Source: Dicyema japonicum (Eukaryota; Animalia; Dicyemida). Taken from it: 64,000 nucleotides of DNA. A program made the translations under genes and the position numbers. Below the pieces are notes generated by a model. That model was not told the origin of the DNA. It saw only the letters and a program-made list of their open reading frames with translations, and made no database searches. The stretch's first letter is position 1. Each line of letters starts with the position of its first letter. The stretch lies in NCBI GenBank assembly GCA_011109175.1, contig RDEW01000001.1, positions 1,378,360-1,442,359 of the forward strand, written 5' to 3'. Below, piece after piece: positions 25,035 to 37,284 of the stretch.

Positions 25035-25460
25035 GTTGATTGATCGGAAGGTTGAGGTGGTGACGTACCCTTATTGCACGAGAAGTTTACTTAGCTACAT
25101 GATGTTTGAAAACCCTTGTCTTCTTCTCGTGATCATGGAACATGTGACTGAGTTAAAGACATCGAAACCTGATGTTCTGAACAAAAAAAGTGCCGATCCA
25201 CGTCGGATCCGAGTTCGATTCTTGGCCAATTAAAAATTGAACCTACTTGGCGGATCTGAAGTTGATCCACCTGTTTCATGAGATACCTAGTGCCTGGCCG
25301 TCATCCAAAAAGGACTTATCTCTTTCCTACTTGGCCGGAGGAATTCCCACGATGGTGGATGGTTTGTACAGGATGTGTTTCACTCCGTCCGTAGGAACTG
25401 AAGACTGTATATATCTTTCTAAACGTGATTCAACTCTTAACCTCTTCCAGTATTAAATAA
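25035..25460 (+). mobile_element. decayed LINE remnant with shared leader motif
   Basis: Leader motif at 25050-25066, APE N-terminus-like sequence, and an SYLAG RT-like piece. Confidence 0.55.
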
Positions 25461-25533
25461 AAAAGGGGACCACTCAAATTGAAATATGTTTATAAAAAAC
25501 AATTAATTGTAATCTCCATGACAACCATTTCAA

Positions 25534-25993
25534 ATGGAACAGCTGACCCTGCCAGTAATTGTCTCAATTGGACTGTTATGCTGGTTAGTACTCATGATTG
25601 TCATAATTATATTGGTTAAGACGTGTCAAGTATGTAGTATTGTTACTATTAGAATAAACGACGGTGTGAATTTTCCTGTAATTTGTGCAATGACTGCCGC
25701 AACAAATGTGCTGAAATGTCAAGAATGTGTGATTGCGTCGGTGATCCCTGTTTATGGTTGCGTCCAAAACTAGTTTTCCATTTCTCTTGATCTTTCAGAG
25801 TCGTCGAAGATTCTTTGACTGTGTTGCGTGTCATTGCTGCTTCGGTGACGCCTGCATAGTTTATATTTGGATCATTTAGGTGGGAAACACAGAAATTCGC
25901 ATCACTTTAAGTCCTAAACCCCCGAATGTGTCGGGGTGCTGCTGTTGCTATTGGAAAGGGGCTGAGACTGAGAATGGAATTGAATTGTCTTAG
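25534..25993 (+). CDS. orphan single-pass membrane protein with Cys-rich tail (about 129 aa, 4 exons)
   Basis: Three phase-0 GT-AG introns (23, 26 and 21 nt) join an open frame: TM segment LPVIVSIGLLCWLVLMIVIIILV, then 18 further Cys including CHCC and GCCCC. Confidence 0.65.
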
Positions 25994-26609
25994 TTTACAA
26001 AATAAACACGACTGTTGTATGATCACGTGAATTTTTCGACTTAAGTGACCAGGCAGTCGGTCCATTCGGTTATTTATCCCCCGGTCTCTTTAAGCGAAAA
26101 AAACCGCTGACTAGCAGGAAAGTAACAATCAAAGCGGTTGCCACGGAGATCAGTCAGAGGATCTAGTGGGGAGGGGAAATTGAAGAACCAGGAAAAGAGA
26201 AGAGACCCGTCTTGTAGTCGTCAAAAAGGGAAGAAGGGGACAGCGACAATGCTGATTGTCCGATCTTGTTCATATAGGTCATTGGTTGGGAGGTTGAGCT
26301 GGTGACATAGATCTGGTACCTTATGGCCTAGTACAGTCAATGTCTTCATCTCCTCGTGGTGGATATAACCTCTCGTCTCCTTTCTAGTGAACTCGAAGAC
26401 GTCAGAAACCAGAGGTTTTGTAATAAGTAGGGCAATTTAAGTGCTAAAATGCTATTTTTATTTTTTATACTTTTTTAAATATACGATTGAATTTGGAATA
26501 ATTATTTTTTAATTTTATTTAAAATAAACATACATTATAAATGCTATAAGTGCTATTTTTAATTTTAAATGCTAATTTTTCTTTAACTGCTAATTTAAAT
26601 TGCAGTTAA

Positions 26610-27266
26610 TAATGTGTTTACGGATTCCGAAATTCGCGGAGCACTCCTTCGGTTGAATAACAACAGAGCAACTGGCTATGACAATATTTGTGGGGAGTTG
26701 TTAAAATACGCACCAACCCAGCTAGCAGAAAAGATAACTTTCATATTCAACAAGATATTCAGGACTCATTGTTCAATTGACATCGCGATGGGAGTTCTAC
26801 TTCCTTTACAAAAACCTGGCAAACCTGCAGGTCCAATTGAAAATTTCAAATCGATCGTGCATTTGACCACTTTGCGAAAAATATTGTCGATTACAACATG
26901 TTTTCCGAAAAGATGTGGAGTATTTGGACTCGCAGAAAATTTATTTCCTTAAATCTTCGGATGCGTTTATATAGCGCGTTCATACAACCAGTCCTATTAT
27001 ATAACTCGGGAACATGGGGAACATCAAAAACGGACCGTGACTGACTAGACACATTTCATAGAAATCAATTGATAAAAATTGCGGGAACTAAATGGGCACA
27101 GATTATCAAAAAAGACACTCTCTACAAATTATGTAAATGCAAACCGATAAGCAGAGAAGTAATTACCTCACGCTGGCTACTTATCGGACATGTTCTGAGA
27201 ATGGACGAAGTGATTCCTTGCAATCAAATGATGGAAGATTACTATTATACAAGGACTACATTTTGA
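26610..27266 (+). mobile_element. internally deleted RTE-type LINE fragment
   Basis: ATGYDNICGELLKY, PLQKPGKPAGPIENFK, RWLLIGHVLRMDE; close to 52839-53245. Confidence 0.85.
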
Positions 27267-27564
27267 TAATGACAAGGCAAATATCAAAAATTATATAAAT
27301 AAAAGAATGGAGGAAAATGGATTTAAACTTATTATTGAAATGACTGAACCAAAAATTAGCCAACAAGATTATTTTTCTCTTTCACGCTGTCAGGCATCCT
27401 ATGCATCTGTTGAAAGAGCAATTAAAATGCTAAAAAATATTTTAAAAAAAGATAGGAACTTCCATCCAGACAATATCAGGCATTAACTTTTATTATATTA
27501 CAATAAATAAAATTGAAAAAATCCCATTTTTAAGTGATGAAAGGACATTTAAACAATAGAAGTC

Positions 27565-27975
27565 AGGTAGTTGCCGCCCTCACTGCGTGGCTGTTCCTTC
27601 TCAAAATTGCGAGCGAAATTCGCTCAATAGCCAGCGGCGTTCACGGAGATCTCCAGTGCATGAGGTGATCCGGTTTCCAAGACGTCCGAGAAACTCGAGT
27701 GTAGAGGGGGAGTAGGATCCGGAAGTCTCCATAGCAAGGGGAACAAATTTGACATCATCGGGAAGGTCGACTTATTTAACAAGTTTGGCCTTCTCCGCCT
27801 TTACGGATGCTGAACAGGCCCTTGTAGCACTCTCGTGAAGATTTTTCTGGGCGAACGTGTCTGTACATGTCACATCCCAAACCAGTGGTTTCCCGGCCTC
27901 AAATGGAAATATGGTTATCCCGTCCGGTTCAAGAATGGCTGAGTATCCAGCGGCATCCATAGCTCGCCTGACAAT
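27565..27975 (-). mobile_element. CRE-clade (restriction-like endonuclease) non-LTR 3' fragment
   Basis: EPDGITIFPFEAGKPLVWDVTCTDTF and terminal AILRRNSHAVRAATT*. Confidence 0.8.
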
Positions 27976-28308
27976 TTCATTCTTCCAAATAAAATTTAAA
28001 TGTTATATTTTATTATTTTAAGTTATAGATTTGACAAATTTAAATGCTAGATTTTATCATTTTAAGTGCTAACTTTTTTAATTATAATTGCTAGATTTTG
28101 TGATTTTTTAGCGCTAAAAAAATTTTTTTAAGTGCTAGAAACAACTTGCCCTAGTAATAAGGAACCATCGGGTACGACAATGTCTGAATTTGAGTCCTGT
28201 CAATCAAATTGAAGAAGGTCAAATAAGGACAGACTCCATTGATGGGGGCGGGGTAATTATTAATAATTTATTCTCGAATGTTCTAATAATAAATAGCAAA
28301 CATCTTAA

Positions 28309-30959
28309 TTAGGTAATTTGTGAAATTCTATTAATGATCTCTTCAAGCAAGCCAACATCCCCGCATATCTCACGATTGTGGCGGTTAATGATATTCCACA
28401 AAGTAAGATGATTCGACAGGTTTCTGAAAATACAGCTAAGGCAAACCTCAGATCCTTGAAATTTTCAATCACGTGCTTTTTGAACATTTCGACGGAACAG
28501 GTAAAGTTGAAGCCTGTCGGAATCCTGGAAGCAAATTCATCCAAGGTACGTTCCACCTTTTCTATGAATTTTATGCTTCTTGTGGAAATTTTACTCCAAA
28601 TCTAGCATTACTGAGCTGGTTACGTTGAGGTTGATCAAGTGGATAGACTGCAGGACTAACAGGATAACATTGGCGGTCGCAAAATCGCCCATTTCTGAAG
28701 AAAGTTTTAAAATTTTAATATATTTTTTGACCAGTAAAATTTGCCGCGTCTAAAATTACCGAAAATCAAACCTTGATTTTCTCGTTTAAAAGCTCCGATA
28801 AGAGCCAATTGGAGAGCAGAGACTCTATCCGCTGAGCTCTGACAGCTCCGTCCGTGGTGAAATGCCTCTTAAACGTGTTATCCTCGTTGATTCTTCCAAG
28901 TTAACGTTTGAGTCTACCTTTTAAAAATTCCGTCCTCGAATATTGGGTTTGCCGTTTTATAGACAATTCGAAGGAGAAAGCGAATTGACTCAAAGATATC
29001 GCTGTCCCGTAAATCGAATAAAAAGTCACTGTTTTTGCTTGAAAATAATTTTTTATTCTATTTTTGCTCAAAATATACTCGCAGCAACGTCATATAAAGA
29101 CTTGAATAGTACTCATCCTGTCTTTTGGCCCTCTCCCAGCTCCTCTTCAAAGACCTCAACAGATTTTCATCCAACTTAATATTAACATTGAAATTACCAA
29201 GTCGTTGTCGAATAATCTACCAATTTTCCCGGTCATTACCTCGTTTTTGAAGTCCATCCCGTAGAACTCTAAGATCCAGACTCTGAGGATTTGAACGTAA
29301 TACTGCTGGTTGTTCCTTATAGTTATTCACACGGCAATGCCTGTATAGCAGTCCCATGTGGGCGACTATAATTTCAAAGAATTCCTCGGGAGCAATGAAA
29401 AAGCGGAATATGTGCAAGATCTGAGCATTTCCGCCGTGAAAAATATTTTCTCTTTGATTTTAGCGGCAAACTACAGGCTGAAGATGTTTTGCAGAAAAGT
29501 CATAAACTGGGCTTTATCCTCTATTTTGGTGGGAAATGAGTCCTTCAATGGAAAGGGGAGAGACTGATAGTTGTTCTCCACCACGAATGAGAAAATCTAA
29601 ATTCACCCCAGGCTGAACTTGAATTGACAGAACTGAGTAATACTTTAGTTGTACCAGGTTTTGGTCCCCGAGTTCTAAAAGTGATCAACTCGAGTACTCA
29701 TTCTCGTAAAAAACTTTGCCAAATTATCCTTTTTGCCAATTGCTTCTAAGGGGTGAGGCTTTCTTTTGCTAACAAAGTCTTCAAAATTAGACTAAATCAG
29801 TAAATGAACGGGGGACCGAATCCAACAAGAAGATATTGTCGTCCTTGCTCAATCTTTCGTAATATAAATAAAATGCCGTCTTCAGTTTTTCGTCGCAATT
29901 CATTATTTCCCCATTCTCGTTATTGAGGTACTCCGGTTAACTCACAAACAACTTTGATCAGCTGACTTGTCCAGACGACGTCAACGGTTGTCACTTTTGG
30001 TTGACTGGGAGACAGTGGGATCGTTCCAGAGCTGTATGGAGAAGTTAATCCTTCCTCTGAGTCATCAGTCGGTGATCGAGACAGATCACTTGTTGGTATA
30101 TCAACCGCAGTCTGAATCGATCGCTGGTCTCCCATAGAAACGAGGGAAGAAAAAGCTGAGTAATTTAAATTAAAAAACAATTTGTGTCCTCACAAGACCT
30201 GGGTGCTTCGAATTCCTGATGTCTCCGTGAATTTGGAACTTCAACTTTAAGTTTCGAAATGAGTACCAATTTGATCTTGTCTTGGCTCATTTTGTGGGGG
30301 GCTTTCGCGGCCAATCCTGTCATCCTCAATTGCGGCATCCCCATTATCGACGAACATGTCTGGAATCGTCTAAAACGGATAACACTTGAGACTCACGGGA
30401 CTTTTATAGCTAGTGATGACTTGGACCTCCTTGTATATCTCTGATAGGGTAGATCTGGCTTGTTTGATGGTGACCCTATTCCGACATCCTTGTATGATGT
30501 CTTTGAAGTCAAATTCAATCTCCGATGTCATTGTGGAGATTAGATCTTCCAAATCCTCCTGCTTACCCCAGTAGTCGGGGGATTCATCAACAACGTCCTT
30601 GTTGTGATCATTCACGAACATGAGAGTCATTCCTAGCGAAAATATTTGATCCTAAATATTTTGGCAACCCAATACACGTGCTGTGACATTATTTGGCTTT
30701 TCGTTGGTAAATAAGGGGTCCACTATGATGATGTTTTTAAGCTACCTTCAAAGTTATCGTAGAAGCAGACATTTCCAAAAATATCGAACAAAATTGAATT
30801 CGGGGACACGTAAAAACAGTTTTTGCTGATAAAGCTCAGTTTTTGGAGTCCATTCGCGCAAAGGAGGCAGAGGGACCAAATGTCGATTTCTTGGTTTGGG
30901 CGGTAGAATATTATATCACTTAGGGATACTAAGTCTTCGTATTCTAATATCTGCTCCAT
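28309..30959 (-). CDS. KNDC1: very-KIND-like protein: KIND + REM + divergent CDC25 RasGEF domain
   Basis: KIND: VSLSDII..IWSLC, SPNSILFD, IFSLGMTL. REM-like: FRFFIAPEEFF. After splicing, a CDC25-like block SNWLLSELLNEKIKTRQILLVKKYIKILKLSSEMGDFATANVILLVLQS..IWSKIS. Confidence 0.72.
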
Positions 30960-31194
30960 TTCTGATTTTGAATTTAATTTTACGAGGTTTCCATAGGACT
31001 TATATATTTTGAATTTCCATGGGGGAGGTTACCATGGACTACTCGTTTTCCGAATAAGTGTTTTGAAATATTTTAAATTTTTATTTACTATTGATGGGCA
31101 CGTGGTTTGGTTGTGCACCTGGCTTTTATCGTGAAACTTAGACATTTCGCGCAATAGGGGTACGTCATCACCTTAACAGATGACGACTTATTTA

Positions 31195-31540
31195 TGTACC
31201 CCCAATCCTTATAAGTGAAGAAAACAAGACAGAGACATCAACTTTGTTAGCCGTTTCATCTCATCCCCTATTTATATCCTCCTTAGTGCGTCTAGATCGT
31301 CCTCAGACAATGTTTGAGAGGCCTTATTCAGAACTATGGGTAAGGTAGTTGTCGGTCTTCCACGGAAGCCACCAGTTCCATAGCAATTGAGGTACGTCCA
31401 ATCGTAGAATGTGACAATTTCCATCCAATTTTATATTTGTAGATAATTTATGGCAATGTCCATAGTTTTGAGTTATTTTCTTTGGCCAACCAATTCCAAT
31501 AACTTGGCGCAGTTGATTTCGGTGGAAAGAGTGCAACTTA
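31195..31540 (-). mobile_element. old RTE-type LINE 3' fragment
   Basis: SFHRNQLRQVIGIGWP and DDLDALRR motifs. Confidence 0.6.
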
Positions 31541-31926
31541 TTCTATTAAAACAAATATATTAAATTTTTTACAAAATAAAATTTATTGCTAATTTTATAT
31601 ATTTATCTTTTATTTAAAATTGGATTGACTCATGTAGGTAGTCATGGACCATTAGACGGAACCAATGAGGCCTACTCAGAATCTCCAATTCTCAAGAGCA
31701 TATTCCTTGGCCGGAAGTCGGATTATATTTGGATACCTGCCCAAGATAAGAGAAGACGCTCACAAGGATTAACCCATGATCCCAAGACCACTGTAGAACG
31801 AAGCTTGGTATGGAAGTCGTGATCACTTAATTAGAGGATAACTCTTATCCTCTTCTGGTTCATGTGGTTGCAAATTTAATGACGTGAACCATAAGACTAC
31901 AAAATTGAAAAATTCTTAGAAAAAAC

Positions 31927-33931
31927 TCAATGTGATTCAGAGTCTGGCTCTTTGCCGCCACTCACTCTCCCCCATATTCTGTCTTGAATGTAAGCATTAA
32001 AGCTATTCAGAATAGATTCGTCATATTCAAGGACCGACTGAATACTCGATAATGACTCATGTGACTCAATCTTCACTTCTTCCATGGCTGATTTAATAAC
32101 TGAGAATAAATCTTCAGCCGAAAGGACATTGCTCTGCTCGACTTCCCCTTCGATCGCCTATTAACAATGAAATACCACTTTTACCGATTCTGAGGACATC
32201 TTTCTTGTAGAACCGTTAGTTTTCTGCTCTTCGGTGAGATTGGGGGATACTTCAGGGATAAAATCAGTCCTTTTTACAGCGTCGGTTAGTGACTCAACGT
32301 CCTTAAATTAAAAGTCGGTGAACTTGGAGAGACTGTTTCTGACAAGAATCATCAACTGGGGTATCCTCCTGAACATTAAGACCGCGTTGTTTCCCCCGGG
32401 TTTCTTCCGTTTCACCATCATCCTGGGCGATTGATGTGATTTTGGGTTTCTTAGTGGCATATTAAAGTACAAGTACATCAAACTGGAACACATTGAAACA
32501 TCGAGAACATTCCAAATAGGGATCTATCCGAAGAGAACATCCTAGCATTTGATTAACTCTACCAACTCGAGTAATGCTTATCCGGTTGATAAGCCGCTGG
32601 AAACTCGGCCGGAAAGTCCTAAATTAGAATATTTACTAATTTGACGGAATTGTAGAGGTCTGCATGGTCGGGTTCATCCAAAGAGCCGTAGAGTCATGAA
32701 TTCTTGAAACTTTGGTTCTCCAAATCCCAGTCTATATCGAAATAATGTATGTTTTAAAACATTAGGGGTTGGATATGTAATTTCACTCCCATATCGGGGA
32801 CTAAAACGAGAGCATGGGGGACAACATTCGCTTCGGTTCATCTGAAATATTTAAATAAACTCAACAGTTGCTTCCTTGTTCGTCCGATCAAGTCTCGGAG
32901 AAAGAGCAAGACGAGGTCTACTATTGGGGACAGATATGACTGTAAATTCTCCCAGTCCGTGAATAATGTGGGAGATGTAGTGCCAGAAGCGAGTTCTTAG
33001 TAACTCGTATTTTTCCAGTATTTCATTCTTTATCTGAATTCATCACAGGAACTCACATATTTTCCACCAACGATGGCAGTGTAATGCTCGTCGACGACGT
33101 AATTATATCGTTGCTGCAATCTGAAAGCGACCGAATCAATTTCGTGGAGGAGGGAGATTCGAGTCCGACTTGAATGGTTACAAGGATAACGTGATGTTCG
33201 AAGGAGCATAAGTGATGGAATCGTAAAAATTCAGGGCATCGAATTTTCTCTTGTAAGCCGATTTGATCCCCGACTTGTAGTTGGTGTAAATTATCATTTC
33301 CCCAATCGTATATTCAAAATCAGAAAAGGGGTCATACGTCTCCTCCTGAAATCAACAAATTGAAGACTTCTAGTGAAGCCAGTACGCGTTCGGCACACTC
33401 CACAAACTTTAGGAGTGTATATATGCGATGATTCAACTCAAAAAACTCGCAATTCGGCATATATGATACGAGATCTTGTTGATTAAAGTATCCTAGGAAA
33501 TGAAGTCACCACTTACAGAACTGGAGTTTTCGGGTTTGTCAAACAGGGAAAATTTGTGTTTGTAGTACTTAGGGAGTTTTGTGGTGAATAATTTTTGCGG
33601 CTGAGGAGGCTCCATACTCCGAATCATCAAGACGATTCGATCACCTAAAATTACGGTCCAGTGTTGACTATGGGGGATGTAAAGGTGTATTTTAGAAAGT
33701 ACAAACCGATAGAACTGAGAAGTTCAGAGTCGTCGATAATTCGTCCCATGTAGACGAGTCGCTGGAATTTTGGTTCGATTTTCTATGAATGAAAATACTT
33801 TGTATACGACACTAGCAGATATGATTGTTTTAAATTCCTCAACGGATGTCTATATATTAGCAAGTAGATACAGATTCTCCAACAGTGAAGTAATATACTC
33901 CAGATCTAGATTTCACTTTTATACATGGCAT
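31927..33931 (-). CDS. BAG6: N-terminal ubiquitin-like domain protein, BAG6-like
   Basis: Spliced N-terminus TSVEEFKTIISASVKIEPKFQRLVYMGRII (BAG6: [25 protein letters not shown]). C-terminus FNAYIQDRIWGRV is loosely BAG-similar. Confidence 0.6.
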
Positions 33932-34124
33932 TCTGTGTAATATTATCTAATAATTACAATTATTTATTTTATTATTGGGTTTCATTTTATTAATTATAAT
34001 TTTAAATTTATTTTTATTTTAACTATTATTCATTAAAAAAGATTTAATTGTTTATAACAATTTTGATATTTAAAAATAGAATTTATTAAACTTCTAAAGT
34101 GTTATAAGCTTGTAAGCAGCTCTC

Positions 34125-34793
34125 ATGGTTGAAAGAACATTACTCCTACGTTTTTGCAGAAATGGCTATATCACTCATCCATCTTGTCGGCTGTCACTCC
34201 TTATTTTTGTTACCAACAATTTAATGGGAGGTAGGAAGGAAAAGAACTTAGGTCCTAAAATCCTCACGGTTTTAGCTGAACTAGCTTGAAAACGAAATGT
34301 CTTTCTATGATCAAGTATTTTTTTCTTTAAAAGTTTTGACTCTCTGATGGCTGTTACTGTGAGGTTGGAAAATGAGAGAACATCTACAAAAGTGCCGTCG
34401 CAGGCAAGTTATTTCTCACCCTTCCAATGGAAATCTTACTGTAACAATTTTTACTAAACTTTGTTTTTATGGTATATGTGTATAGGAAAGCTCGAGATTC
34501 TGTGAAATAATTTTTGTCCTCCATGAATCATTTTCTATCACTCTACTGTCTGTAAGGGGTGGTTTTTCTCTCCAAGAAAGAGAATATTTTGATGTTAGGG
34601 AAGTCCAATGATCCGATATAAACTTTTCTGTCCATATGAGGCTGGTATGATGTTGAATGAGCAGGAGAAACTATTGAGACCAACAAGGGTGACTGTGGAG
34701 AAGAGAATAGCGGCATTCCGTATGAAAGGATGTGATCTGACTTTGTATGTCAGGCTTACTGAAGAATTACTGGTTGATGGGGGACCTCAGTAA
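34125..34793 (+). CDS. probable multi-exon gene, unknown product (ends approximate)
   Basis: Coding-like composition with mini-intron-like segments after an AT-rich block; terminal ORF 34608-34793. Confidence 0.3.
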
Positions 34794-35859
34794 AAATTAC
34801 AGGTCTTTTAGGTGAAGGCACGTGATATATAACTGTCTCTCACGCTTAACCTTAATTTCTGAGTTAATAAAAATTCATTCATTGTACTTATAGCCTCTTT
34901 GTAAAAGTCAGTCTCTTCAGCTCTCCTAGCTACTCATAGAGTCCAAAGTTTGAACATCCTTGCATAGATCCTGTTTCCGTAGTAGCATTGTCCAACGACA
35001 TTGATGAAGTTTCACTTAGGGCTCGGTATCGACTTAGGCTCGTGACATAACAGCCTTTCAAGGGTACATTCGCTAGGAAGTCGTGCCCATTTCAAGATAT
35101 GCCTGACTGTTTGAAGTCATATTTTTAGTCAAAATTCGTTATTACTACATCTCACTTCGATAACTAAAAACTAATTGCACGTGACATTCAAAGAATTATC
35201 TACAACCTCTGAGTTGGAACCTTCATACGTCCCTAGACAACCTTTGATTACATGCCACTCTTGGGATTCAACTTTTATTTATTCAAGTTAAAAACACAGA
35301 GAATGATGTTGGTATAAGCAACTAATTTCACGATCACTGATTCAATGGGACAGTGATGAATCTCTGGTTTATTGCTAGCGTACCTGCCACTTTCCTGTAC
35401 TTATTAAGATGCTCTTTGAGTTGGATTCGTATAAGTTTGGGCTCTCGTTGTACTTGAGGGACACTGCTGCTGGAATGACTTAGTTCATTCCGGTTAACAG
35501 ATGTAGAGTACATTTTGAGAGAATGGTAGTGAAGGACTTATATTTTCTGTTTTCGGTCCAAGGTTTCATTCAGCCTAAATCAGCGACGAGAATAAAAAGG
35601 AATAGGATCTGTGGCGCTCTTTTCACACATCTCAGATCCCCGTCGAGGATTGTACGTGGAGAACGTGTAATCTTCTTCAAGACCACAGAGAATGAAGTTA
35701 AAGCCAGCTAATTAGGTGATCCTGGCTTTAAAAATTTCAGAATTATCCCCGAATAACCCACCAGTGATCCCACCGTTTCCGGAAGTGCTTCCCGAATGTC
35801 TGCAGAGGAACTCGATCGGGGTGTCCTCCTTCAGGATTGATCTTTTTCAACTTTCAAAA

Positions 35860-36258
35860 ACTTTATTAGCAAGGAAAAATTAAAGAGGGAGTTATTTGGC
35901 CTCATGCTGCAAGTCCTGCAAAACGCGGGACTCTTCTCTGCGTTCTCAGACCCCTCTTATCGTTTATTCTGTGCTGCAACATACAAGTCAATGGTGGCAT
36001 CTCTTTTCAGGTAGTTTTCCATCCTTTTTTCTGCTGCATCTCTTTTTCATAATTATCTAGCTTCTCGTCGAGCCTTTTGTGTAGGGCAACTTTGATCCCT
36101 GCTCTCCTCGATTTTGCGAGAAGCAGGATAAAACGCTCATTGTATGCACTGTAATACCATCCTTCCAGTCCATAAAGGAGTGATGGAATGATCGTACGTG
36201 AAAAAATAAATAAAAACATATCCGTTTCGAGTCTCAATTTCCTCATACACAAGATCGC
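35860..36258 (-). mobile_element. LINE 3' fragment
   Basis: Close reverse-complement copy of about 58370-58770 (CMRKLRLETDMFLFIFSRTII). Confidence 0.75.
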
Positions 36259-37150
36259 ATGGTGAGCTTTCTTCCTTTGAGTTTAAAATCGCACAATGTG
36301 CTCCCAGATTTCTCAAAAACTGTTCCGAGATACTTCAGGGAGCTCAAAGCTAGGATGTTCAAAGAAGGCCCAGAAATTTTATTCGAAGTTCTCAAAGATA
36401 TGTTCAACGCATGCATAAAAATTGGTCATGTTCCACAGGAATGGAAGAAGACTATTGTACGGATGGTAGAGAAGTCAGGAAAACCGAAGAATGATCCTAA
36501 CAGCTACCGTCCGATCAGCCTGATCCGGTCAATCTAAAAAAATCATGGAAAAATTATCTTCTGGAGGCTTACAAATCAGCTGGAAAAAGAAAATTACTTC
36601 AGAAATGATCAATTTGGTTTTCGCCCAGGACGGTCATGCGGTGATTGCTTATTTCATCTCTACTCCGAGTTATGCAAAGCCAGAGAATCCAAATGTCTCC
36701 TGAATGTCATATGTCTCGACATATCAAAAGCATTTGACAGTGTTAACCACAGAGCCACAATCGATCAGTTATCTCGGACGGGGTGCCCAAAGGAACTAGT
36801 GAATTGGAGGAAAGTATACCTAGAAGGAAGAAAATTTTATGTTATATGCGGACGCTATTTTTCAAATATGATATTATTGAAGAGAGGAGTCCCACAAAGA
36901 TCAATTTTGAGCCCTCTATTGTTTAATGTTCTAATGGCCGGTTTCCCGTCTCCGTCGACAGGATTGATCTGGATCCTCCTGCATGAACGATCATGTTACA
37001 AAATGTGTGACCTTATCCATACGAAGAATATGCTTCAAAATAGCCAGCGAGATTTTATTTCACGTCGAGCCCTGGTGGTCCAAAGCAAGCAAAGAGATCC
37101 CGAACTGCTCTCCCAGAGACGGATGATTTCCACACCGTAATCGAGAAAGT
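36259..37150 (+). mobile_element. decayed LINE reverse transcriptase (non-RTE family)
   Basis: WKKTIV, PNSYRPISL, QFGFRPGRS, DISKAFDSV, GVPQRSILSPLLFN. Confidence 0.85.
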
Positions 37151-37284
37151 TCCACTCTGACGGACCTCGGATGAAGCAGTTCTGAAATATTCCATTAAAT
37201 TATTAATATCATTTATTTTTTATAAAAATTATAAAACGTTTTAATATTTAAAATAATATAAAAATAATGTTTTTTATTATATTT

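Larger units (their letters stand above)
26428..28153 (+). mobile_element. non-autonomous hAT with nested retroelement fragments
   Basis: TIRs TAGGGCAA / TTGCCCTA, perfect 8-bp TSD GTAATAAG, subterminal AAGTGCTA-like repeats, and transposase C-terminus ASYASVERAIKMLKNILKKDRNF. Confidence 0.9.

Noticed and set aside
26285-26310. 7SL/Alu origin of the leader motif (GGGAGGTTGAG resembles GGGAGGCTGAG)
   Set aside because: Only about 10 nt are similar and there is no flanking SRP RNA structure.
30370-30959. Spire or PTPN13 assignment for the KIND protein
   Set aside because: No WH2, FYVE, FERM or PDZ motifs seen; downstream exons look like REM and CDC25.
34930-35830. Minus-strand gene truncated by a LINE
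   Set aside because: Some open stretches, but strand and exon structure are unresolved.
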